Of a stretch of DNA of 64,000 nucleotides, positions 19,952-30,361 are shown piece after piece (within the stretch, counting starts at the first letter, position 1; each line of letters opens with the position of its first letter). This DNA comes from an uncultured Candidatus Saccharibacteria bacterium (lineage in GTDB: Bacteria; Patescibacteriota; Minisyncoccia; UBA6257; 2-01-FULL-56-20): contig CAYHXC010000003.1 of assembly GCA_964360585.1 (NCBI GenBank), forward strand, positions 18,113 through 82,112, in the 5' to 3' direction. The notes under the pieces were generated by a model. The model ran no database searches and was not told the origin of the DNA. It was given only the letters and a program-made list of their open reading frames with translations. Both the position numbers and the translations under genes were made by a program.

Positions 19952-20753
19952 GTCGAGCCATAGACTGATGGATCATCCGACGAAAACCTTCTGGTAAAAA
20001 GGCGTAGGCGTACTGCAGTTCGTTCATGAGTAGCGCGGAATAGTAGTTCGGATAATCATACTTATATCGCTTCATTACTATAAGCGCTGTTTTTAAATGC
20101 GGTTTTATCTTGGCAATTGAAGTATTATTTCCCGTCATGGTGTAGTAGGAAAAGTACTCTGGAAAGTTGTAGAGCTTACCAACTAATCCCATCTTTAACC
20201 AAAAGTCACGATCACCAGCATAGCGAATGGAACTGTCATAGAGATCCACTTTCTTAGCCGCCTCAAGACGAAACAGTGTGGTGCTGTTTGCCATCGGATT
20301 GGAGTAGAGCATATACTTTCGGATCTCAGCATCCGTTTCTGGTTTCAAGTAGCGATATTTTTCCTTTCCGTGCTCATCAATAACCACAACGCCGCCGCCA
20401 CACCCAACAAAATCTTTGTGACTGTCTAAAAACTGTATCTGCTTCCCGAGCTTCTCCGGATCAAGCCAAGGATCATCATCGTCAATCATAGCTATATATT
20501 CTCCGCGAGCCACAGCGAAACCCATATTGTAATTTTTAGAGATCCCCTGATTTACTTCGCTCCGTAAAAAAGTAATTCGCGATTCTCCCTCTTTTAATTT
20601 CTCCACTACGGAAACGGTGTTATCTTTCGAACCATCATCAGTAATAATCAGTTCCCAATCAGTGAATATTTGTTGCTGAATGCTTTTCAGCGTCGCTTCG
20701 AGCATGTGCGCCCGATTATAGGTACCCATCAAAACAGTTACTTTGGGAGACAT
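19929..20753 (-). CDS. GT2 glycosyltransferase
   Basis: TYNR, DDGSKD, DDDD, LGKQ. Confidence 0.9.
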   Translation of the reverse strand: MSPKVTVLMGTYNRAHMLEATLKSIQQQIFTDWELIITDDGSKDNTVSVVEKLKEGESRITFLRSEVNQGISKNYNMGFAVARGEYIAMIDDDDPWLDPEKLGKQIQFLDSHKDFVGCGGGVVVIDEHGKEKYRYLKPETDAEIRKYMLYSNPMANSTTLFRLEAAKKVDLYDSSIRYAGDRDFWLKMGLVGKLYNFPEYFSYYTMTGNNTSIAKIKPHLKTALIVMKRYKYDYPNYYSALLMNELQYAYAFLPEGFRRMIHQSMARLKRAVVK

Positions 20754-20799
20754 GGTAGATCAAGAATACCAAATATAAAACCGGAGAAGCAAGCTTGAA

Positions 20800-21321
20800 T
20801 TAGAGAAGCGGAATAACATCGATTAACTGATTGAGAACGTAGTCTGGCTTCACTCGAGCCAGTTCGTGAGCATTTTGATTATCTTTAATAAAAATAGTTT
20901 TACATCCGGCCGCCTGTCCGGCGCCAACATCATTGTCGCTATCTCCTACCATGAGAGACTTCGAAGGATCCCCCTGCAATTCCTCAAGCCCTCGGAGAAG
21001 CATCCCGGGCTTTGGTTTTCGGCAAACACACTGATCGGCATCCTGGTGGGGGCAGTAGTAGACCGCATCGATGCCCGGTAACATTTTCCGCATGTGCGCG
21101 TGAATCTTCTCTAATTCTTCAAGCGGCATAAGTCCCTTCGCAATTTGGGGCTGGTTGGTAACCACAGCGACGGAATAACCGCGCTCTTTGGCAGCGACAA
21201 TTAATTCAGTGCCTCCCGGCAATAATTCAAATTGATCAAAGCGGACCAAATATTCCCCTCGCGGCATCGCCCTACACAATGTTCCGTCGCGATCAAGAAG
21301 AAGGATTTTATTTGCGTTCAT
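20800..21321 (-). CDS. gmhB: heptose-1,7-bisphosphate phosphatase (HAD IIIA)
   Basis: LDRDGT, VTNQ, CPH....C.CRKPKPGM, MVGD. Confidence 0.88.
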   Translation of the reverse strand: MNANKILLLDRDGTLCRAMPRGEYLVRFDQFELLPGGTELIVAAKERGYSVAVVTNQPQIAKGLMPLEELEKIHAHMRKMLPGIDAVYYCPHQDADQCVCRKPKPGMLLRGLEELQGDPSKSLMVGDSDNDVGAGQAAGCKTIFIKDNQNAHELARVKPDYVLNQLIDVIPLL

Positions 21322-21461
21322 TGGCTTAGTTTTAGCATAAGATCAGCTAAAACTGTATGCCACAGTTTTCTTTTTATAGAATCTCTTGACAACACCCTAA
21401 AAAAAGAGTTAAATACTGCCAGCTTTCTTAATACGGGTTTTACCCGGAAAGGTTCAAAACG

Positions 21462-22466
21462 ATGGATATACTAGGCATTGTCGGCAAAGCACCGGGAGGA
21501 TTTCCAATTCTCTTTGGAGGGACGCGGCAAACTATCAAGATGTCGCGTGTCCATCAAATGCCACTTGAGGGGCTTGTGGACCCAGCAAACTGCGTCTTCT
21601 GCAAGATGGAACCCGCAAAGGTTGCGGAAGAAACCCATCACATTCCGGGCGTTGTGGAACCCAGAGGCTGGCGAAGACTGAAGAACGCCTTCACCCCACA
21701 CCCGGATCACCGCCTGATCATTCCGGAGATCTGCTGGTCTCCGGGCGATCTTCAGGAGTGGGGAGGCACCAGCGGCTTGTACTCTGCCCTCATCATGGCA
21801 GCGGCCGAAGCGGGCGATGGGAACGAGAAGGTGTTCCTTGTAAACGTCGGTAAGTCAGCCGGACAAAACCAAGGGCATCCCCATATGCACGTTTTCAGTG
21901 GCATCATCGAAGGCCATCGGGGCATTGAATCAACCTCCGATTTCGCTACAAAAGCAACCCACGTGGCAAGCGACAACTCCTTTGACATATTTGCCGCGGG
22001 AATTCATTCCGGAGAATGCCAAATCCTCCCCCGCGAGAGCGACTTCGACCTAAAGAAGACACTCAACCTGCATGCACTGGCTTCAGCAATGAGCCACCTC
22101 GTGAGACGTTGCAATCGCGCTTTCGCAAGCGAGCCCATGCCGATCTTCGTCGACGTGGCAACAAGGCAAGCAGTGGTCTCTCAAGCCATGAAGCCGGATC
22201 AGGTTGCAATTTTGAATGAGCGCTCCCTGAATGGCGAGTTGAAGTTCGAGCTCCGCCAGCTTCCCCCGCCCTGGAGTATGGCTGTTCGAGTGAGCGGCGA
22301 AGGCAAGCTGCTCTATGCCAGCTACGCCCCTGACCTCCACTGTGGTAGCGCTCTGGAACGATGCGTTTCGATCTTCGAGCGGGTTCCTTTCGTCTTGCCC
22401 TGGCCTCACGAAATGACCGCCGAACATCTCCGATCGTTCTATAAATCTCAACCGCTCCGTCCTTAG
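21462..22466 (+). CDS. divergent HIT/GalT-superfamily protein
   Basis: NCVFC, N.FTPH..H.LIIP, N.G.SAGQNQGHPHMH; followed by hairpin-polyT at 22450-22480. Confidence 0.55.
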   Translation: MDILGIVGKAPGGFPILFGGTRQTIKMSRVHQMPLEGLVDPANCVFCKMEPAKVAEETHHIPGVVEPRGWRRLKNAFTPHPDHRLIIPEICWSPGDLQEWGGTSGLYSALIMAAAEAGDGNEKVFLVNVGKSAGQNQGHPHMHVFSGIIEGHRGIESTSDFATKATHVASDNSFDIFAAGIHSGECQILPRESDFDLKKTLNLHALASAMSHLVRRCNRAFASEPMPIFVDVATRQAVVSQAMKPDQVAILNERSLNGELKFELRQLPPPWSMAVRVSGEGKLLYASYAPDLHCGSALERCVSIFERVPFVLPWPHEMTAEHLRSFYKSQPLRP

Positions 22467-22566
22467 ACAAGCGGTTTTTTATTTGACAAAGTATGATTTA
22501 TGTATTATAAGAAAATCAGCAATAGACTCATTTCCCTGATACTAAAAAGCAAGGAGGAAGAGGACG

Positions 22567-23271
22567 GTGAAAAAATACGATTATCTCGTTGTCTTCGGAC
22601 GAGGTGCCCAGGAGGGTCCCTTGGGATGGGAACCGACTGGACCAATTGAACTGACGACCGAAGGAGGTGGACACACCGGTAAAAAGGTCGCTGATCTTGA
22701 TATGAACAGCGATGATCCACGAAACGTCATCGCCGGCGCGGGGATGAACGTCGAAGCTGCTTCGATTCTCTACAAAGAGCTCCGACAAGCTGGAGAACCT
22801 CCTCTCAAAGTGGTATTCGCGGCCGGACGACCAGCATACCTCGCCAATGCGCCTTCGCATGTCACCGAGGGATCAGCCCTCCGGAAGGTGTTTGAAGCGA
22901 CCACGGATCTCGACGAGTCAACCGAAATCCAGATGCAGGCCACAAACCGGAACACGCGGGATGATCTGATCCAGACATTGAAAGCAGCTCTCGAAACCGG
23001 CCTGCTTCGGATCTGCATCATCTCGGTCTTGGTCCATTTGCCACGATGTCACGAGTTCTACCTCAAAGCACTCGAGACCAACCCAGAATTTCACCGGTGT
23101 TCGGTCGATTTCGTCGCTTCGGAGATGGTTATTTGGGAACACTATCCCGAGCGCCGACAAGAGGTCGGCGACCTTCTCGTTTCTCGAGCCTACGAGCGCA
23201 CCGCTCAACGAGAACGGAAAGGAATCGGGGATATACGCGACAACAAATACGACTTCGGCGACAAGAAGTAA
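22567..23271 (+). CDS. YdcF/DUF218-like protein
   Basis: VVFGRG, TEG..L, NRNTRDD, IISVLVHLPR; strong SD AAGGAGG. Confidence 0.55.
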   Translation: MKKYDYLVVFGRGAQEGPLGWEPTGPIELTTEGGGHTGKKVADLDMNSDDPRNVIAGAGMNVEAASILYKELRQAGEPPLKVVFAAGRPAYLANAPSHVTEGSALRKVFEATTDLDESTEIQMQATNRNTRDDLIQTLKAALETGLLRICIISVLVHLPRCHEFYLKALETNPEFHRCSVDFVASEMVIWEHYPERRQEVGDLLVSRAYERTAQRERKGIGDIRDNKYDFGDKK

Positions 23272-23277
23272 CTCATC

Positions 23278-23309
23278 GCCCCTAATGCTCACGCATTAGG
23301 GGCTTTTTT
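23278..23309 (+). terminator. intrinsic terminator
   Basis: GCCCCTAATGC-tcac-GCATTAGGGGC-TTTTTT. Confidence 0.75.
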
Positions 23310-23350
23310 ATTTCTCTTTCTTTTTCTTTCGATACCACTTTTTGACAACG

Positions 23351-24073
23351 TTATATTTTTATCTGGCGCATCCAAACATCCAATATCTCTGAGTGTCCAT
23401 GTTCTTTGCCCACAAGATAGATCGATAGTATTTCCCGAATCGCAGCTACTTCGTCTATCTGGGCACTTGTCTTTCTGGCTGTTACAGCAATGTTTGGCAA
23501 CGTATTGATGCCAACCTTGTTTTGAAAACCAGCGGGAACGGCCCGAGCCAGGGTATCGATGACGCCATGCAATCCCAAGCCAAGTTGCTTACTCACATTT
23601 GAACGCATCCGTTCGACGCGGACTACATCAAAACCCAATTCTTGAAATACAAAGCGAAACTTCTCTTCGAACCAGCCATCGTAATGAATGGCCCAGTTCG
23701 CTTCTTCCGATCCGAAGATATGGCGGAGAATTTCTCCTTTATGATCGAGTGTCTTCGCGGCAAGAAAATCCTGGACACACCCTTCAAAGTCTGGAGTTTC
23801 AATAGTAACCACCCCACCCACTTTTAGCCATCGCCGCCAGCGGGCTAGGAGCGTGAGGGCGAGTGCTCGCTCGAAGTGTTCGAACACATGGTGATTCCGC
23901 ACTTCGTCAACCGTCCCTTCCGGATATGCGAGTGTTTTCAGGTCTTCATATCGATCCGCCTTGATAGTAACAATGGTATGTTCCGACTGCGGATAGTCAA
24001 TGTTTACATAGCCTTCAAGATACGTTGTGCCGCAGCCAAGGTGAAGACGGAGTGGTTTATTTTCTTGAGTCAT
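23351..24073 (-). CDS. class I SAM methyltransferase-like protein
   Basis: LHLGCG...GY.NID, HVFEH, W.R.LK.GG...IETPD. Confidence 0.8.
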   Translation of the reverse strand: MTQENKPLRLHLGCGTTYLEGYVNIDYPQSEHTIVTIKADRYEDLKTLAYPEGTVDEVRNHHVFEHFERALALTLLARWRRWLKVGGVVTIETPDFEGCVQDFLAAKTLDHKGEILRHIFGSEEANWAIHYDGWFEEKFRFVFQELGFDVVRVERMRSNVSKQLGLGLHGVIDTLARAVPAGFQNKVGINTLPNIAVTARKTSAQIDEVAAIREILSIYLVGKEHGHSEILDVWMRQIKI

Positions 24074-24110
24074 AAGTAATTAAGATAAAACATGTTGCCA
24101 TTAAAAACAA

Positions 24111-24995
24111 TCATACATTATCCGACAGCTTGACTCGGTGCAACCTTCTTCGTCTATTCAGAAGATACACGAAATGCATCAATCTCCCAAAAGGATTCCG
24201 GGCGGCAATGAGTTTGCCAATAGAAATATTACGCCGATTTTTTTTCTCCAGCATTGCAAGATTATACTTCTCTATCTCCTCTTTGGTCATCCACTGCCTC
24301 ATCAAGCCAAATATCTGAAGGCACTGCTCCTGTGACGTTTGATAGTAGGAAGGACGCTGAGTGAAGCTTGTGGCGTGAAGGCGGCACTTCCCCAGGGCGA
24401 TATCCAGATATCCGAATTTGACTCCACGGTATGAGAGTTTGAGCCACAGATATTGTTCATCGGCCGAAGGAAATTTTGGCTCGAACGCGCCGTACTTATC
24501 AAACACCTCCTTCTTCACCATGACACTCAAGGGATTGATGAAATTTGAGACCAAGAGTTGGCTAAAAAGATAGCCGGAGGGATGCTCCATCTTCATGAGA
24601 TACAACGTATCTGGCTTTTCACTTTGGAAGTGGTAGATCTTGCAATACCCAAAGTCGACGTCGGGATTCTCTTCCATGAATGCAACCTGTCTCTCCAGTT
24701 TCTCGGGAAACCAAATATCGTCCGCATCAAGAAACGCAATATATTTTCCGCGCGCCAGATTGATCGCTTTATTACGAGCTGCCGATTGGCCACTGTTTTC
24801 TTGCTGTAAAAATTTGATCCTCTCATCTCGAAACGAACGTATTGCCTTTGCCGTACCGTCGGTTGAGCCATCGTCCACAATGATATGTTCAAAATACGGG
24901 TAGGTCTGCTGAAGGACACTCATTATGGTTTCCTTGATATACGGCCCGGCGTTATAGGCGGGAGTGACAACAGAAACTAGGGGTTGTGTGTTCAT
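24111..24995 (-). CDS. GT2 glycosyltransferase
   Basis: VSVVTPAYN, DDGSTD, FLDADD.W...KLE.Q. Confidence 0.92.
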   Translation of the reverse strand: MNTQPLVSVVTPAYNAGPYIKETIMSVLQQTYPYFEHIIVDDGSTDGTAKAIRSFRDERIKFLQQENSGQSAARNKAINLARGKYIAFLDADDIWFPEKLERQVAFMEENPDVDFGYCKIYHFQSEKPDTLYLMKMEHPSGYLFSQLLVSNFINPLSVMVKKEVFDKYGAFEPKFPSADEQYLWLKLSYRGVKFGYLDIALGKCRLHATSFTQRPSYYQTSQEQCLQIFGLMRQWMTKEEIEKYNLAMLEKKNRRNISIGKLIAARNPFGRLMHFVYLLNRRRRLHRVKLSDNV

Positions 24996-25044
24996 ATGAG
25001 CAATAAATAAGATTCTTGGGGAGTTCTAACTTCCTTACTATTTA

Positions 25045-26082
25045 CTATACACCGATACGACTAAAAATCTCACGGAAGCGTTTCTCGTACGTGTGGTCAC
25101 GTATGGTCCGTTCGTATCCAGCCTTTGCTATCTGCTTTCGCTGTTCGGTATGGTCGAGATAATAGCGTACTTTTTTTACTAGTTCTTCTGGAGTTTCATA
25201 GAATTCCATTTCTTGACCCGGTACATAGTACTGTTTTATATTTGCTGATTTTCCCGAAATCACAAAGGCGCCACAGCCAGCTAGCTCAAACGGCCGGGCA
25301 TGGGTGTGCGGAACTGAAAAGTGCCACCAGGCCTGAGCATTTTCAACCAGATGAGGACTGAGAACAAGGCGGTCAATCGACTTTCTCAGAAATAATCGGG
25401 CTAGCACTCTGGCTTCAAAACGACTGGGGCGCTCGTTTAGATTCAGATTAATACGACTCCGCGAAAAAATTTGAAGCATCTCCTCGTGACTCACCCCACC
25501 CCTCGGCCAACCAAAACCATATGCTTGGACGGCGATGCCCTGCCGCTCAAGCATCTGAACGATCCGACCTCGGCCTGGCTTATACTGACCGACGAAACTG
25601 ACGTCAATGTCCTGATTCATGGGTCGAGGACCATACTGGGCGGTATTGCAGGCCCACTGAGAACCGATAACATTGTGGATGTCAGAGTGAGCGTACCACC
25701 CAAGAGCCTGCGGGGAAGTCGTCACCGCATAAGAAAACAGCGGAGCCCAGTGTTTCGAATAGTTCCAAAAACGCCAGTAGTCATCGGCAAACCAGGCTAG
25801 TGTTGGTACACCCATCTGTCTCAATGTTTCAAGGGTTGAAGGCAGCAATTCGTCCGTATACATAAAGACAAAAAAAAGATCCGGTTTCCCCTGCTTAGCC
25901 GTATCCAGTAACTCACGATTAAAACGTTCCTTACCAATCTCCAGGATGTGATCGAACGGTAGCTCGATCACCTCTACCCCGGGCAGCGAGGAGAGGGTTA
26001 AAAAAAAGTTCACATACTCGAAACTCTGCCGGCGACGAAAGTTGTAATTTTCGAACCGAGCACCAGCATATATAATCTTCAT
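25045..26082 (-). CDS. CgeB-like glycosyltransferase
   Basis: WFADD.WR, DVSFVG, R.FELAGCG, HTY..R. Confidence 0.82.
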   Translation of the reverse strand: MKIIYAGARFENYNFRRRQSFEYVNFFLTLSSLPGVEVIELPFDHILEIGKERFNRELLDTAKQGKPDLFFVFMYTDELLPSTLETLRQMGVPTLAWFADDYWRFWNYSKHWAPLFSYAVTTSPQALGWYAHSDIHNVIGSQWACNTAQYGPRPMNQDIDVSFVGQYKPGRGRIVQMLERQGIAVQAYGFGWPRGGVSHEEMLQIFSRSRINLNLNERPSRFEARVLARLFLRKSIDRLVLSPHLVENAQAWWHFSVPHTHARPFELAGCGAFVISGKSANIKQYYVPGQEMEFYETPEELVKKVRYYLDHTEQRKQIAKAGYERTIRDHTYEKRFREIFSRIGV

Positions 26083-26123
26083 AAAAAATAATTGGGGACA
26101 GACGAAAGTCCATTCGGATCTTT

Positions 26124-27113
26124 CTAAAAACTTCTTCGAGATACTTCTTTTTTGTGACGATCGATGAAAATCATCTCTTCGTGATCTGTCAGGTATTTTT
26201 TGCGCAATTTCATGATCCTTTGTAAGTACAGTTCAGTGGTACGCTGTAGTTCTTCCGGTATGCGATCGCCAGAGTTGCCCGGGTGGTTTCTCCCCCAGCC
26301 AGCCAAAGTTGGAACATAGTGAGACAGATAACCCTTCGCATTGAAGTTATAATGGAAGTCCATAATATGATCCATAATGACACGGCTCCCTTTTGAGTAT
26401 TTTGCCACACAGTCAAGATAAACCTCCTTGGCCACACACATCGGCTGTTCACTAAATGGAATTCCGGTGTTTAGCCAGTACTTAAACCATTCTTCTTTCT
26501 GTGGAGCTTGACCTTGCGGGAAGGTTCGCCGGAAGAAGAAATTAAGCTTGAATACGGCCGTCCGGGAAAAGAATTTTCTCAGTAAAACCTTGCGGCGCAC
26601 GGACGAACCCATCACAAGATCTCTCGCGACCAGCCACACCTTCGCGATAATGTGACGAACAACGTCTTTTGTTTTTTCAGAGTTCGTTAGGTGGGAGTAC
26701 GTTACATGATCATCGCTGAGCAATCGACCGTCGTCGGCCATCTCGCGAGTTGAGGCCCAGACCAGTGACACGGTCGGATCCTGATCAAAGATATTAATAC
26801 AACGTGCAAACCAATCATTATCTAAAAATCCATCCTGGCCGGCCACAATCATGATAAATTCGCCCGTGGTCTTGGCGACTGCTTTTTCAGTCGCATCCCA
26901 CGGTCCCTCGTCCGGTTCAGAGGTCAACTTAATACGAGGATCCTTGGCCGCCAAACGACTGACAATATCTTGCGTCCCATCGGTAGACGCTCCGTCCATG
27001 ATGATGAGTTCCCAATCGGGATACGACTGGGCTTGGATACTCTTTATGGTGGTTTCGATATATTTCGCCTCGTTTAAAACCACACAGGTTAAGGATATTC
27101 TCGGCTGATTCAT
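26124..27113 (-). CDS. GT2 glycosyltransferase
   Basis: LNEA.YI, MDGASTDGT, SEPDEG; start chosen at ATG 27113. Confidence 0.8.
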   Translation of the reverse strand: MNQPRISLTCVVLNEAKYIETTIKSIQAQSYPDWELIIMDGASTDGTQDIVSRLAAKDPRIKLTSEPDEGPWDATEKAVAKTTGEFIMIVAGQDGFLDNDWFARCINIFDQDPTVSLVWASTREMADDGRLLSDDHVTYSHLTNSEKTKDVVRHIIAKVWLVARDLVMGSSVRRKVLLRKFFSRTAVFKLNFFFRRTFPQGQAPQKEEWFKYWLNTGIPFSEQPMCVAKEVYLDCVAKYSKGSRVIMDHIMDFHYNFNAKGYLSHYVPTLAGWGRNHPGNSGDRIPEELQRTTELYLQRIMKLRKKYLTDHEEMIFIDRHKKEVSRRSF

Positions 27114-27168
27114 ACAGGCGATAGTATAGCAAAACAAAATGAAAAGACAAAGAAAAAACGCTCGTCAA

Positions 27169-28359
27169 TTACAACTCTGTCATTACCTCTCGAATGAAAT
27201 GGGGTAGGCTCATGCTGTCCTGAACATACTCTTGGCCGGCAGTGGCAATCTTTTTGAAAAGTGCTCGATCTTGAATTAGATCATCGACTCGGGTAGCGAT
27301 CTGGGCTGGACTCCGGACATCCACAAAGAGGGCATTTTCTCCGTCCCGAAGAACGCCGGCTACGGCGGTAATTCGAGAGACGATGAGTGGCAACCCAGCC
27401 GCCATTGCTTCGAAAGCCCCTACTCCCCAGATCTTCACGTCGTTAGGATGGACAAACACTTGGCTATCATGCATGGCTGCCAGATATCGGTCATCCGGCG
27501 CACCCTCGAAAAGAGCGGTAACGTGATCAGCGATACCTGAATCACGGATAAATTTTTCGAACTTCTCTCGATAGACAACGTTCCGATAAAAATCTTTGCA
27601 AATGATTAAGGCTCTCGCGTCGTACCCCTTGTTTCGCAATTGGGCGGCTGCGGCAATGGTATCTTCAAATCGTCTCTGGGGAGTCAGGGCACCAACACTC
27701 AAAAGCTGAATAGGTTTTGCAGGGTCTATACCTCCTTTCACAGGGGCATAGAATCTATCGAGATCAACTGGATTGGCAATGATCTTGATCGGTCGGCCAA
27801 GGACATTGACGACTTCCTTATTGCTTTCATCGTAGACAACGATGCGATCGATACCGGCGGCATAGTGCATCGCTCGCCGACGCTCGAACGAGTTCGCCAT
27901 CAGACTCAACAACTCCACAAACATGTTGGCCTTTTGTGAATGAAAAAAGGGGGGATTATTCATTATCCAGATTGTTTTAGTCTGTGGTCTCTGAGACTTA
28001 TACCACTTGCCCAGAGAATAGGTGTAGTCGTTCTCACAAATAAGAATCTCGAAATCTTTGTCCATACTTAAGAACATTCGCCGAACGGTTTCATTATAGA
28101 GACCGACGCTCGCGAGACGTTGAAAAATCTTGACTAGTAAGCTCGACGCGCTGCGCACTGAGGTGAGCGGTCGAGATGGCGGGACAACTCTTATATCGAG
28201 ACCGTGATTCAGATTGGGATATGCATGCAAAGCATCGAACTCTGCGGTGTAGATAGCAATCTGATGACCTTCCCTCATGAGCTCGCGAGCCATCAGGAAG
28301 ACCATCCTCGGATCGCCACTTTCTGTGGTGAGCGACAGATGGCAAATTGCTATCTTCAT
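27169..28359 (-). CDS. GT4 glycosyltransferase
   Basis: N-terminal GT-B pattern; WG...FEAMAAGLP. Confidence 0.85.
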   Translation of the reverse strand: MKIAICHLSLTTESGDPRMVFLMARELMREGHQIAIYTAEFDALHAYPNLNHGLDIRVVPPSRPLTSVRSASSLLVKIFQRLASVGLYNETVRRMFLSMDKDFEILICENDYTYSLGKWYKSQRPQTKTIWIMNNPPFFHSQKANMFVELLSLMANSFERRRAMHYAAGIDRIVVYDESNKEVVNVLGRPIKIIANPVDLDRFYAPVKGGIDPAKPIQLLSVGALTPQRRFEDTIAAAAQLRNKGYDARALIICKDFYRNVVYREKFEKFIRDSGIADHVTALFEGAPDDRYLAAMHDSQVFVHPNDVKIWGVGAFEAMAAGLPLIVSRITAVAGVLRDGENALFVDVRSPAQIATRVDDLIQDRALFKKIATAGQEYVQDSMSLPHFIREVMTEL

Positions 28360-28967
28360 GTAGTAACGTTCGATTTCTCTTTCACACCGAGAACAAGATC
28401 AACATATTCGCACCACGCATGGTAGATCAGCTCGTGCATTTCCTGAATCCGCGCTGTCTCCTCCGTCGGCACAATGATGGCAACCGCGGGATGTATGGCC
28501 CGAACTGCCTCCGCTCCTTTCGTCCCGGTCATAAAAATCACCTCCATCTCTTTCCGACGGGCAGCCTCCACCGCCCGAAGAATGTTTGGTGATTTCCCGC
28601 TCGTCGTGAAAGCAACGAGCACATCACCGCTAGTACCAAGCGCTTCAATCTGCCGACTGAAAATATCATCAAATGAATAGTCGTTCGCAATAGCCGTAAG
28701 ATTCGAGGTATTCGTTGTCAGGGCAATCGCCGATAACGGTGGGCGGTCGTTCTTGTACCGACAGGCAAACTCGGCCACAAAATGCTGGCTGTCGGCAGCC
28801 GAGCCGCCGTTGCCGCAGGCAAAAATCCGATTTCCCACTACGGCGTCGGCAATTAATTGTGCGGCCTGAGCAATATCGGTTGCGCACTTACTGAGGGTTG
28901 CTGCGGCTACATCCGTGTGCCGCGCGTGAGCGGCCCGAAATGAGGCTAGTGGGTCAAGAGTAGACAT
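28356..28967 (-). CDS. gmhA: phosphoheptose isomerase (SIS)
   Basis: CGNGGSAADSQHF, TAIANDY, TSGKS.N, TARIQE.H. Confidence 0.92.
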   Translation of the reverse strand: MSTLDPLASFRAAHARHTDVAAATLSKCATDIAQAAQLIADAVVGNRIFACGNGGSAADSQHFVAEFACRYKNDRPPLSAIALTTNTSNLTAIANDYSFDDIFSRQIEALGTSGDVLVAFTTSGKSPNILRAVEAARRKEMEVIFMTGTKGAEAVRAIHPAVAIIVPTEETARIQEMHELIYHAWCEYVDLVLGVKEKSNVTT

Positions 28968-29121
28968 AATAACGTATTCATACTAACTCAGATTCCCGCG
29001 AAGCGAAAGTTCTATCTTGGCTCGAAATAATTTGAAATAGTAACTTACTTTATATGTCACTCTATTGTGTAAGGTAGCACACAGGAACATAAAGATTGAC
29101 CGGAGAAGTTCGTCAACTGGC

Positions 29122-29394
29122 TAGAACCCATCTCAAAAATATATCAAGTCGCGTTTCGTCTGTTTTCCCGATTACGCAAGGCGCCGCTTCTCGAAGGTGT
29201 ACTTTGCGTACTCCGAGAAAGCGGCAACACAGCGTATCGGAAAAACAGACAAAACCCTTGGGGATAGGACTCCCGAACGCGATACCAGTGTCACTTCGGA
29301 GCTCAATGTGCCGCGAGCACACCTTCGTTCTTGTTTCGCGGTATCGCATTCAGGAGTCGATATCGCGACTGCTATATTTTTGAGATGGGTTCTA
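29122..29394. mobile_element. MITE-like non-coding element, copy A
   Basis: 22-bp TIR TAGAACCCATCTCAAAAATATA; near-identical copy at 47338-47611. Confidence 0.8.
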
Positions 29395-30349
29395 TGCTCT
29401 TGTCGGCTTCGATCATCTTCTTCACTCCGTCTTCAAGACTGTATTTCGGCCGCCACGAAAAGACACAGAACGTCTTGGCCATATCCGCCGCCTGACAACC
29501 ACTATCATGCGGGGGTTGTTCTAGACTACCCCAAAGAACTTTGCTTTTGGAACCGGTTTGTTTGATGACCAGATCCACAAGCTCGGCAAGCGTCACCGCC
29601 TGGCCGGAGGCGAGGTTAAATATTTCGCCTTTTTGAGCGGCGCTCTTTTCCATCGCTTCTACTAAAATCTCGATAACGTCACTGATAAAAATAAGATCTC
29701 TATTTACTGCCGGACTGGTGAGGCGAATATCCTCATTTCTCAGCGATGCACTAACTAGAACTTCCATAAGCTTCCCCCTTTCCATACCAGGTCCGTAGGG
29801 CGTAAAGATGCGAAACACCGTAATGGGTTTGCCGAAGGCATCCGCGAATGCTTGGCAGTAGAGAGAGGCTGTGAGTTTGGCTAAACCATAGGGGACCGTT
29901 GGTTCACACTGATTACGTTCCTGAAGTGGAGCTTTTTTGATCCCATACTCTAATGAACTACCGGCCTGAATGAAAAATTGGTAGTTGTCCTCACGAAGAG
30001 CCTGGAGAAGCCAGATAGTCCCAAGGGTATTGACCCGAATGAACTCTTCCGCGGATGTTTCACTATCTATGCGGGTGAGACGAGCGGCCAGATGAAAGAC
30101 GCCGCGCGGATGGAGACCGTGCAAAGCTTTCTCGACCTCTACAGGGTTCGCAATATCGCCCATGCGAACTTCTAAACTCGGCAAGAGATCCTTGATTCTC
30201 CGCACATCCGAATCTGGCTGAAGCAGGATCGCCACCCGATGACCATCACGCACCAAGCGACGTACCAGATGAGACCCAATAAAACCGGAAGCACCCGTCA
30301 CTAGAATGGGCGGCTTCATACCGTTCTCTATCTCCACATTGGTTGCCAT
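29372..30349 (-). CDS. NAD-dependent epimerase/dehydratase
   Basis: TGASGFIG, GSS.EYG, YGLAK, YGPG. Confidence 0.88.
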   Translation of the reverse strand: MATNVEIENGMKPPILVTGASGFIGSHLVRRLVRDGHRVAILLQPDSDVRRIKDLLPSLEVRMGDIANPVEVEKALHGLHPRGVFHLAARLTRIDSETSAEEFIRVNTLGTIWLLQALREDNYQFFIQAGSSLEYGIKKAPLQERNQCEPTVPYGLAKLTASLYCQAFADAFGKPITVFRIFTPYGPGMERGKLMEVLVSASLRNEDIRLTSPAVNRDLIFISDVIEILVEAMEKSAAQKGEIFNLASGQAVTLAELVDLVIKQTGSKSKVLWGSLEQPPHDSGCQAADMAKTFCVFSWRPKYSLEDGVKKMIEADKSIEPISKI

Positions 30350-30361
30350 CTCAGAAATTTT

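Noticed and set aside
29096-29565. Short ORFs inside MITE copy A (and 47282-47620 in copy B)
   Set aside because: No transposase motifs, and an indel between the copies changes the frame.
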